From Thermoplasmatales archaeon (lineage in GTDB: Archaea > Thermoplasmatota > Thermoplasmata > Thermoplasmatales > Thermoplasmataceae), in NCBI GenBank assembly GCA_016806715.1, contig CP060531.1, positions 705,966 through 729,965 of the forward strand: DNA of 24,000 nt, given 5' to 3'. A model generated the notes under the pieces. It was not told where the DNA came from. It saw only the letters and a list, made by a program, of their open reading frames with translations, and did not search any database. The position numbers and the translations under genes are program-made. Shown one piece after another: positions 17,047 to 24,000 of this stretch (position 1 is the stretch's first letter; every line of letters begins with the position of its first letter).

Positions 17047-17925
17047 ATGAGATATAGCGATGTTGAAAAAAGGCTTGACATGAAACTTACTCTGACCATG
17101 GAGCAACAACACCCCATACTTCCACTTCTTGAGAGGGAGATTGATACAATTCCTCTTGATTCACAGAATACCGGAAATGAAGCTTTCGTAGATCTTTTTA
17201 TTTGCGGATCAGCCGCACAAAAGCTGGAGGGCGTTCTTTCCAAATTTCAGCCGGATATCATGGGCGGATGCCTGGTAATTAGGATGAAGGCAGAGGAGCT
17301 GGGAACCGCATCGTCTATTCTTGGTCAGCTGGCTGAGATACCGCTATGCGCCCGTGGTAGCCTATACCTTATGGATCGGAAGATCTTCGCCGATTACAGG
17401 ATGGCTTCATCCGACATTTCGTCTATAACAGAAATTGAGAAACGAATTATCTCCATGAATAACCGTGTCAGGATTTCCGACTTTGGACCCGGAGCAGGAG
17501 GAATTGCAACCATAGATGCAGTCAACTCCAGGATACCTCTGGGGATTGTATCCTATGAAGCGGATATCATGGGTGACTTCGGCGATGCAATGGAGGGGGA
17601 TTGTTTCATCGAGTACAATTTCAACCAGGTGGACTCAAAGGGATTCAGGGCTATTGTCTATAACGCGGAAGGGCAAAAAACCACCTATCTTGATTCACCT
17701 TTCCTGAGGGAAGTACAGCGGCTATCGGTTGACCGGAAGATCCCAAAAGCGGCAATATTTGCCAGGCCAGAAAACGGAAAATACCGATCGTTCACGTTCC
17801 TTCCGGACTCCATGATAGATAACCAGGTATCGATGCTTTACGAGGCCACAGCAAAGTTCACAGAGGCAAATTTCAAGCTACGCGCAATCCGATCCTACAA
17901 CAGCGAAGCTTGGCAGTGGATATGA
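17047..17925 (+). CDS. Hypothetical protein (292 aa) with no motif I can recognise.
   Basis: Long ORF with ordinary globular composition and the Gly-rich segment DFGPGAGGIATIDAV. The start could instead be at a downstream Met. Confidence 0.55.
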   Translation: MRYSDVEKRLDMKLTLTMEQQHPILPLLEREIDTIPLDSQNTGNEAFVDLFICGSAAQKLEGVLSKFQPDIMGGCLVIRMKAEELGTASSILGQLAEIPLCARGSLYLMDRKIFADYRMASSDISSITEIEKRIISMNNRVRISDFGPGAGGIATIDAVNSRIPLGIVSYEADIMGDFGDAMEGDCFIEYNFNQVDSKGFRAIVYNAEGQKTTYLDSPFLREVQRLSVDRKIPKAAIFARPENGKYRSFTFLPDSMIDNQVSMLYEATAKFTEANFKLRAIRSYNSEAWQWI

Positions 17926-17981
17926 ATTACGCACAATTTTACTTGACCTATTCTTAAAATACCCAGAGGAATTGCAAAAAA

Positions 17982-18224
17982 ATGGAGCTATTTTCAACAC
18001 TCAATATTTTAGGCTCTGTTGACCTGACTGTCATGCTGATCTTCTATGTTTATGAGGGCAGGAACCCCATTTATTCCCTTCTTTTCGGGTTTACCTGCAT
18101 AGGATCTTCTGCCTATGCCTTCCTTTCTGGAACCTGGCCTTTTGGGGTGATAGAGATTGCATGGGCTGTTTTCAGTATGAAAAAATTTTTTACAGGGAAA
18201 AAGCTTCGAGTCGCGACAGGGTGA
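17982..18224 (+). CDS. Small membrane protein (2-3 TM helices).
   Basis: 80-aa hydrophobic ORF with no competing frame. Confidence 0.5.
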   Translation: MELFSTLNILGSVDLTVMLIFYVYEGRNPIYSLLFGFTCIGSSAYAFLSGTWPFGVIEIAWAVFSMKKFFTGKKLRVATG

Positions 18225-18289
18225 GAAGAGAGGGCGGGGCCTGACATGACCATTGCGTATGCCTGCCCTGAAAATACTGACAGGCAGGG

Positions 18290-19099
18290 TCAGAACAGCT
18301 TCTTCTGCCTGTCGACTTGATCCGGCAGCATACTTAGCTGCCAGTTTACAGGTTTTCTTCCCATTGCTTCCAGAAAATGATTCGCTGTCCCCGGCCCAAA
18401 ACCCTGAAAGTGATTGTTTGAGAACACATGGGCGCTAGCAATCTCGTCTTCTCTGGATTTCAGTTCTGCTGCCCATTTACTGATAGAAGCGGACTTATTC
18501 AGGCGAATGGCACCAAATTCACGTTCGCCAAGCGACCTGTCACCAACCAGCCTGAGGTATACGTCCTGCGATGTCATTATTGCTGGTATTTCAGCGAATG
18601 GAGCCTCAGACCATGCGAACGTAACTCCTGCTCTCTCCAGTACCGAGTAGACGTCCTTGCGATACCAGGAATCGTGCCGGAATTCCATTGCGAACCTGAA
18701 CTCTTCAGGCAGTGTTCCGAGGAATTTTTCCAGGTCATCGAAACCTTCCATGTACCTGAAGAAGGGAGGCAGCTGGACAAGTATGGTTCCTAACCTGCTT
18801 CCAAGCTTGTTCATGGTTTCAATGAAAGAATCAAGTATCGCTCCAGAGTTTGCCAGCCTTTTCTCATGTGTGATCTCACCCGGGATTTTTGGGTAAAACC
18901 TGAAATTCTCAGGTGTTGATTTACGCCATGACTCCACAGTGCCCACAGCAGGAATCCCATAGAACGTGGAATCTATCTCCACCGAGTCAAAGACCTTGGA
19001 GTACAACTGCAGGAATCTATCCGGACTGGTGTGTGAGGGGTAAAAAGGACCCACCCACGCCCTGTAACTCCATCCGGAACAACCTATCCTCAATTTCAT
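18290..19099 (-). CDS. DUF72 (YecE/UPF0759) family protein.
   Basis: MKLRIGCSGWSYRAWVGPFYP and the subsequent FDSVEIDSTFY and LVQLPP blocks are characteristic of DUF72. Confidence 0.85.
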   Translation of the reverse strand: MKLRIGCSGWSYRAWVGPFYPSHTSPDRFLQLYSKVFDSVEIDSTFYGIPAVGTVESWRKSTPENFRFYPKIPGEITHEKRLANSGAILDSFIETMNKLGSRLGTILVQLPPFFRYMEGFDDLEKFLGTLPEEFRFAMEFRHDSWYRKDVYSVLERAGVTFAWSEAPFAEIPAIMTSQDVYLRLVGDRSLGEREFGAIRLNKSASISKWAAELKSREDEIASAHVFSNNHFQGFGPGTANHFLEAMGRKPVNWQLSMLPDQVDRQKKLF

Positions 19100-19676
19100 G
19101 CGTTCTGCTGATATATTAGAAAGTGAGTTAATAAAGATTCAATGAGGGGAACCATTACCGCTTGACATCAGAGCGAAATGCGTGAAACTATTGAGGTATC
19201 ACTATGCAACACCGCAAACCTGCTCTTAATTCTCCCTGGCCTGCTTACGGGGAATCTAGCAAGAAAGCTCCGACCTTCAGGTAGGAGATGAATTGCGAAC
19301 ATTAACGCAATCATTATTAGGGATACAGCGAATCTGGAATCAAGCACGAAACTACTACGGGCAATGTTCCCGGAGGAAGTCGTTGCAGAAAAATCCCCAT
19401 GAACCGATTGCTCCGAAAGGACTTCGCCATGAGGTTGGGAATGTTTCCATTCCGCAGTCTTTGCAGAGGAATGGATCTGAAACATATCCCGATTGCATGC
19501 AGACAGGGATGCATGCAAAGGGAACACTAATATCCCTAAAGAGGCAACGTTCAGGACTGGAGCGACCCCAGAACTCTGTAATAGGTTCCCGCAAAACTGT
19601 CTAGACCGTGAGGAATGAAAGCAAAAACGAAGAAAAAGCGAGAACCTCCGAAGCTTCAGCGAGGAGAGTATGTCAG
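19100..19676. other. ORF-poor, hairpin-rich 577-bp region; candidate structured ncRNA, long leader or decayed gene.
   Basis: Only short, mutually overlapping ORFs with unnatural composition in several frames. Perfect hairpins are GGAATG(19438-19443)/CATTCC(19448-19453), with a third GGAATG at 19468-19473, and TTGCATGCA(19493-19501)/TGCATGCAA(19510-19518). Base composition is closer to coding DNA than to the AT-rich spacers elsewhere in the window. Confidence 0.3.
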
Positions 19677-20618
19677 ATGGTCTTCCAAACAACAGAATCG
19701 ATTAAAGCACATATTTATGATACGCAGTGTTTATCAGTTGTGCTTAAGCCTTTAGTGAAATGGGCTGGGGGGAAGAGGCAGTTGCTGCCTTCAATACTGA
19801 AGATGCTTCCCGAAAGCTTTGAAACATACATTGAACCCTTTGCCGGAGGCTGTGCGGTTCTTGTTGGGATCTACAACATTGGTAAGCTAAAGCATGCCAT
19901 TATTTCAGACCTTAATGAAGAGCTCATCAACCTTTATGCAGTTGTCAAGAATGACCCGGAGGCACTCATAGCTGAGATTGACGGCATGTCTTTCACCAAC
20001 GACAGTAAGTCATACTATCTGTGCAGAGATAGGTTCAATGCCTTGCTTGGGCAGTCCAGTTTCAGTAAGGAACGGGCGGCATTGTTCCTGTACCTTAACC
20101 GCCATGGATATAATGGACTCTGGAGAGTAAATGGATCCGGAAAATTCAACGTACCATTTGGGAGATACAGCCATCCGCTTATGCCTGCCCCGGATCATAT
20201 CAGGGAATTCAGCGCAATGCTCTCCTCTGTCGACATATACAGCGGGGACTTCGCCGGAACATGCAGGATCGCATCGGGCGGAGACCTGGTTTACCTGGAC
20301 CCCCCGTATTTTCCCGTATCCATTACGTCAAACTTTACAGGATATTCAAGAGGTGGATTTTCCATGGAACAACAGAGCCGCCTGAGAACAGAGTGTGAAG
20401 ATATGGACAGAAGGGGAGTGAAGTTCATTTTCAATAATTCTTACACTCCCGAAATCTCGAGGCTTTATGATAGATTTTTCACGTACAGGGTGCCGTCTAC
20501 AAGGATGATAAACCGCAATTCAGACGGGCGCATGGGACACTATGACCTGCTTGGATCAAATTTTGCTGTAGCCGGAACAGACAGCATGATCGTGGATGAC
20601 TCACCGTATCCCAACTGA
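19677..20618 (+). CDS. dam: Dam-family (D12 class, alpha-group) N6-adenine DNA methyltransferase.
   Basis: KPLVKWAGGKRQLLP, EPFAGGCAV (FxGxG SAM motif), NGLWRVN and DPPY (nt 20298-20309). I prefer Met24 of track ORF 19608..20618 as the start. Confidence 0.9.
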   Translation: MVFQTTESIKAHIYDTQCLSVVLKPLVKWAGGKRQLLPSILKMLPESFETYIEPFAGGCAVLVGIYNIGKLKHAIISDLNEELINLYAVVKNDPEALIAEIDGMSFTNDSKSYYLCRDRFNALLGQSSFSKERAALFLYLNRHGYNGLWRVNGSGKFNVPFGRYSHPLMPAPDHIREFSAMLSSVDIYSGDFAGTCRIASGGDLVYLDPPYFPVSITSNFTGYSRGGFSMEQQSRLRTECEDMDRRGVKFIFNNSYTPEISRLYDRFFTYRVPSTRMINRNSDGRMGHYDLLGSNFAVAGTDSMIVDDSPYPN

Positions 20619-20682
20619 ATTACAGGTTTTTTCACTGATTGCAATCTGCAACATTTTATATTCAAGAAATCGTTGCATTTTT

Positions 20683-21261
20683 ATGGATGCAGATACGGCA
20701 AGTACCGTGAGAAGCAAACTGATCTGGTTCGGAATTGTATCACTTGCATCAATCATTCTCTGGATATCTACGGCATGGATCATCAACCCATGGTTCAATT
20801 TCCAGACAGGTGCTCTGAGCGCACTTGGGTCTCCCGGAGCCAATGACCCATGGGTTTACAATGTGGGGCTGATGTTCACCTCCATCCTTATTGTTGTATA
20901 TTCGGCAGGACTTATAATGTACTCCAGGAATGTTATACAGAACGTTGGGGTTTCATTCTTCATAGTGGCTGCAATGTTTCTTGCCCTGATCGGAATTTAC
21001 CATGGAGGGACCTATCCGCATGACTTTGTCTCCATGTGGTTCTTCATTCAGGCGGATCTTTCTATAATCATATGGGGAGCAGGGACTTTCCCGTACAGAA
21101 AGCTAATTGGCTCCTATTCCATTGCAATCGCACTTTTGGCTACATTTCTTGCGTATGCCTTAAACTGGCCGTCTTCCGCTGAACTTGAGATATTTGGGAC
21201 ATGTGCCATATCTCTCTGGGTTGTTATTACGGTTTTTTTCGCCAGGAAGGGAAAGCTGTAA
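20683..21261 (+). CDS. DUF998-like integral membrane protein.
   Basis: About 6 TM helices and an ALSALGSPG segment resembling the DUF998 ALSDLG motif. The start is taken at Met30 of track ORF 20596..21261. Confidence 0.55.
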   Translation: MDADTASTVRSKLIWFGIVSLASIILWISTAWIINPWFNFQTGALSALGSPGANDPWVYNVGLMFTSILIVVYSAGLIMYSRNVIQNVGVSFFIVAAMFLALIGIYHGGTYPHDFVSMWFFIQADLSIIIWGAGTFPYRKLIGSYSIAIALLATFLAYALNWPSSAELEIFGTCAISLWVVITVFFARKGKL

Positions 21262-21322
21262 AGACATGCATAATAAAGATATCCAGCGGAGAAATGACAT
21301 AACTACGAAAACATGGTGAAAA

Positions 21323-21991
21323 ATGACTGAAAGAGACCACTCACTGAGACGAGGCATGCAATTGCTCATTTCTGACTTCATGCTTATCTTCCCTTTCCTG
21401 GTGAGCTTCATCGCGGCCCTGGTAATCGAAACTATCATGGTGGGATTGCTTGCCGCATCTGCATACTTCGGCCTGTTCACTACAGGAAATAGCATCATTG
21501 GACTTTCCATCTGGGCTGTCATCCTTGATTCCGTTGTGGTCTTTATAGTCATAATCATAGAAACTTTCGGTGTGATTTGGCAGTCCGATTCCGCATCAAT
21601 TCGAGGCAAGGGATACAGGTTCGGTCTGGAATCGTCTTTCAGGGGAACGGCAGGGTCAATTAGCAAATATGCAATGATAATGGTTTTTATGGCAGTTGTA
21701 GGTGCGGCCATTAACCTCATTCCTCTATTCGGAGGTTCACTGTCCAACCTCTGGCTGGCATATTCCGCTTTTGCACTGATGCTAAGCGTCATTACCGGCA
21801 GGAGCTTTTATGACACTCTTTCTGGCGGTGCCAATCTTCTCCAGAAGCTGTACGAAGATGAATCAAGCACAGGTCTCTTTTTTGCGCTTGTGATAATTGT
21901 ATCAGTTGTTCCGGTGATATCCGGACTGGCGCTACTGATAGAGATCATATTTGGATCTGCGGTCCTGGTCACATACGAGGAGAACAAATAA
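21323..21991 (+). CDS. Hypothetical polytopic membrane protein.
   Basis: 222-aa ORF with 5-6 hydrophobic helices. The antisense ORF 21160..21792 has artefact-like composition. Confidence 0.55.
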   Translation: MTERDHSLRRGMQLLISDFMLIFPFLVSFIAALVIETIMVGLLAASAYFGLFTTGNSIIGLSIWAVILDSVVVFIVIIIETFGVIWQSDSASIRGKGYRFGLESSFRGTAGSISKYAMIMVFMAVVGAAINLIPLFGGSLSNLWLAYSAFALMLSVITGRSFYDTLSGGANLLQKLYEDESSTGLFFALVIIVSVVPVISGLALLIEIIFGSAVLVTYEENK

Positions 21992-21995
21992 TGCG

Positions 21996-23222
21996 TCATG
22001 GAGAAGTATCCGGCAACTTGCGCAGAATACGGCCAGCGTAAAGATACACCATGTATGAAAGGATTATGCCCAGCAATGCCAGCGGCCCCCACATGAGTAC
22101 AGGGTCTGCATAGAAATATGAAAGCATAACAGTACCAGCAAGCGGGGCAATAGGCTGCACAAGGCCGATGACGAGCTGGGCAGCGCCGAAATACTGCCCC
22201 CGTTTGTCTGCAGGTGACATCTTTCCTATAATGCTGTAAATCACGGGAGAGATCACGTTTTCTCCCATTGTTATTGCTATCACATCAATTATGAGGAAGA
22301 CAGTGCCATTGAAGAAGGCCAGCGCGAGGAATGAGAAGGAGTAAATCAGCCCGCCTATTGCTATCCGCGTGCTGTCACTTATCTTTCTAAAGATTGCATT
22401 TGTCGGCATCTGCAGGAACACAACGGCAAATCCGTTGACTGTGTACAGTATTCCTATTTCTCTGTTAGTGATGAAATCAACCCTGCTCCAGAAGAGGGTA
22501 AGGGTGGTACCCCACTGGCCGGCTACAAAGAATATTGATCCTATCAGGAGGCTGATTATTATGAACTTTGTATCCTTCTTCGGGAAGGAAAATCCCTTTG
22601 AAGATAGGCTGGTGACATGCGGCGTCTCCTGCACGTAGAGGGCGTAAATGATCCATTCAACCGCAGTAGATACCGCCGGGAACAGGAAAACATAGCCGTA
22701 GTTGAGATAAGAAAGGAAACCTCCTATTGCAGGCCCTGCTGAGAAACCTATGTTTGCCATTATCCTTACAACGCCGAAGGCATCTGTCCTGTCGGCCTCC
22801 TTCACCGTATCGGTTATTATGACATTGTCGAGTATTCCCTGTATGCTCATCATGGGCTCAACCATCACGAACGCTACGTATATCACGTAGATGTATGAAT
22901 TCAGGAAAATGAGCGTTGAGATCACGATGAAAATCAGCATAATCAGGGGAGGCGTTATGAGGGCCAGTTTTCTTCTTCCGAACCGGTCTATGAGGTTTCC
23001 ACCATATATGGAGAATGGGAGGGATATTATTGCAGTTATGAAGAAGAGGAAACCAATCACAGGATACTGGACATGCCTGACAATAGAAAGGTACAGGGGG
23101 ATGAATATCCACGCCTGCGAGCGCCCGAGGACCCTGATAAGCTGCGCTACCGATATGGCTCTCACATATCTGTTCGAAAAAATTCCACCTGCCCTCAATG
23201 ATGATAAATAGGAACCCGACAA
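21996..23222 (-). CDS. MFS transporter.
   Basis: 408 aa with about 12 TM helices and the MFS loop motif GNLIDRFGRRK between TM2 and TM3. Confidence 0.85.
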   Translation of the reverse strand: MSGSYLSSLRAGGIFSNRYVRAISVAQLIRVLGRSQAWIFIPLYLSIVRHVQYPVIGFLFFITAIISLPFSIYGGNLIDRFGRRKLALITPPLIMLIFIVISTLIFLNSYIYVIYVAFVMVEPMMSIQGILDNVIITDTVKEADRTDAFGVVRIMANIGFSAGPAIGGFLSYLNYGYVFLFPAVSTAVEWIIYALYVQETPHVTSLSSKGFSFPKKDTKFIIISLLIGSIFFVAGQWGTTLTLFWSRVDFITNREIGILYTVNGFAVVFLQMPTNAIFRKISDSTRIAIGGLIYSFSFLALAFFNGTVFLIIDVIAITMGENVISPVIYSIIGKMSPADKRGQYFGAAQLVIGLVQPIAPLAGTVMLSYFYADPVLMWGPLALLGIILSYMVYLYAGRILRKLPDTSP

Positions 23223-23321
23223 GTTGAAGCGGTAGCTTATCGGGAATTAAATACATTTGTTATTGAGGGCATTGCCAGATTCTGTTTAATTTCCACGAGG
23301 AAAATGTGAAAAAGGAGTCAC

Positions 23322-24000
23322 TCAGAAGTTGTCCTGCTGGCTTGATGTGTCTTTCCTGAATATTGAACGAGTCTTTTTTCTCTTGATGGCGGATTTCACA
23401 TCATCCTCGTTGATACCGTCCGGAAGGCCCTTTCCATTTACATAATCAAACAGAACCAGCTTGACGATGTTCAGGTATGTATAATTCAGGATCACCCCAA
23501 CAACTATAAGCATGATTCCGGCAACTATTAAAATAGCCAGCACAAAAACGGGAATGGCAGTTGATATCAGCATAAATCCTCCTATGAACGCAAACACGCC
23601 ACTGAGCGTGAAGATCAGTGTGTAAAGATCTACGTAGGCAACGCCTCCAAAGGTTTGCCCGAAGTGGTTTTTTATTGTTGCCACACTGTTCTTAACTGCA
23701 TCTATGGGCCCCGACCTGTTGTCAAGTATGGAAGGAATGGCGAAAAAAGTTGCTATGGCTATCATCATGGATCCAATTGCACCGATTACAAACTGCCCAA
23801 TACCCCGAAAGCGTGATTCAATGATCCTGAGTAAAACCATGAGCAGTGTGTAAAAAATAGCCCATTCAAGGGCTTGCTTTCTGTAAGACCACGCCGTTCC
23901 CAATGCGGTTCTCAGCGAAACGGGATTCCCTGAATTATGTGCCCTGTAGGCTATTAGCATAGCTAGCAGGATTATTGTTGACAGAAAGCCAACGGCTATA
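23322..24000 (-). CDS. Membrane protein (DUF6159-like). The 5' end probably lies beyond the window.
   Basis: The reading frame stays open upstream of Met 23960 to the window edge (IAVGFLSTIILLAM...). It has several TM helices and a Lys/Arg-rich C-tail. Confidence 0.5.
   Translation of the reverse strand, partial: IAVGFLSTIILLAMLIAYRAHNSGNPVSLRTALGTAWSYRKQALEWAIFYTLLMVLLRIIESRFRGIGQFVIGAIGSMMIAIATFFAIPSILDNRSGPIDAVKNSVATIKNHFGQTFGGVAYVDLYTLIFTLSGVFAFIGGFMLISTAIPVFVLAILIVAGIMLIVVGVILNYTYLNIVKLVLFDYVNGKGLPDGINEDDVKSAIKRKKTRSIFRKDTSSQQDNF

Noticed and set aside
19100-19676. Possible RNase P RNA or SRP RNA. GGAGGAAGUC (about 19371) resembles CR-I GAGGAAAGUCC. AGAUGAAUUGCG (about 19285) resembles CR-IV. 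On the minus strand, GAGCAGGU resembles SRP helix 8.
   Set aside because: The CR-IV-like element lies 5' of the CR-I-like element, which is the wrong order. The universally conserved A-run is one A short. No convincing P4 partner or CR-V (ACAGAAnnnGGCUUA) is present. The SRP-like stretch does not form a GNAR-capped hairpin. The identity is left open.
19168-19692. A 174-aa minus-strand ORF and the overlapping ORFs 19293..19604, 19317..19514 and 19355..19594.
   Set aside because: Their composition is Ser/Arg/Phe/Cys-rich and unnatural. They overlap each other in several frames, and one overlaps the Dam start. None has motifs. I treated the stretch as a non-coding region.
1-24000. CRISPR arrays, rRNA genes, IS elements, transposases and integrases.
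   Set aside because: I found no regularly spaced direct repeats, no rRNA-like conserved stretches, and no DDE, serine or tyrosine recombinase motifs in any ORF on either strand.

Overview
This window looks like a moderately AT-rich euryarchaeal chromosome, probably Thermoplasmata-like. That call is an inference from gene content (PolD small subunit, L41e, an intron-containing tRNA-Trp, futalosine-pathway genes) and from AGG/AGA/ATA-rich codon usage. Positions 1-9109 are a dense housekeeping block: a truD 5' part, two MqnE/MqnC-type radical-SAM genes plus an mqnA-like gene, guaB, a family-4 UDG, an EamA transporter, the PolD small subunit, a 36-codon L41e gene missed by the ORF track, and tRNA-Trp(CCA). 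The tRNA has a 68-nt intron that carries a complete box C/D guide RNA aimed at C34 and C39 of its own tRNA. From the tRNA 3' end to about 20.6 kb the character changes to a mosaic, gene-poor accessory region. It has six non-coding gaps of 362-736 bp and some visibly AT-richer genes. Its genes include a COG1373-type AAA ATPase (AAA_14+DUF4143), an AlkZ/YcaQ-family DNA glycosylase homolog, an isochorismatase-family protein with Gly at the usual nucleophile-Cys position, and an MTH1187/YkoF-like protein. It also holds a 97-codon ORF that looks like the orphaned N-terminal leader of a PLD-helicase-DUF3427 defence-type protein, a 410-aa wHTH + DUF3427-like + HNH nuclease, a DUF72 protein, a 577-bp ORF-poor hairpin-rich region, and a solitary Dam-family (DPPY) N6-adenine methyltransferase. 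I consider the wHTH + DUF3427-like + HNH nuclease the best candidate for an undescribed single-gene, Type IV-like defence nuclease. The right end (20.6-24 kb) encodes membrane proteins and transporters. I found no CRISPR array, rRNA, transposase or integrase. All family assignments come from motif recognition by eye, not from database searches.
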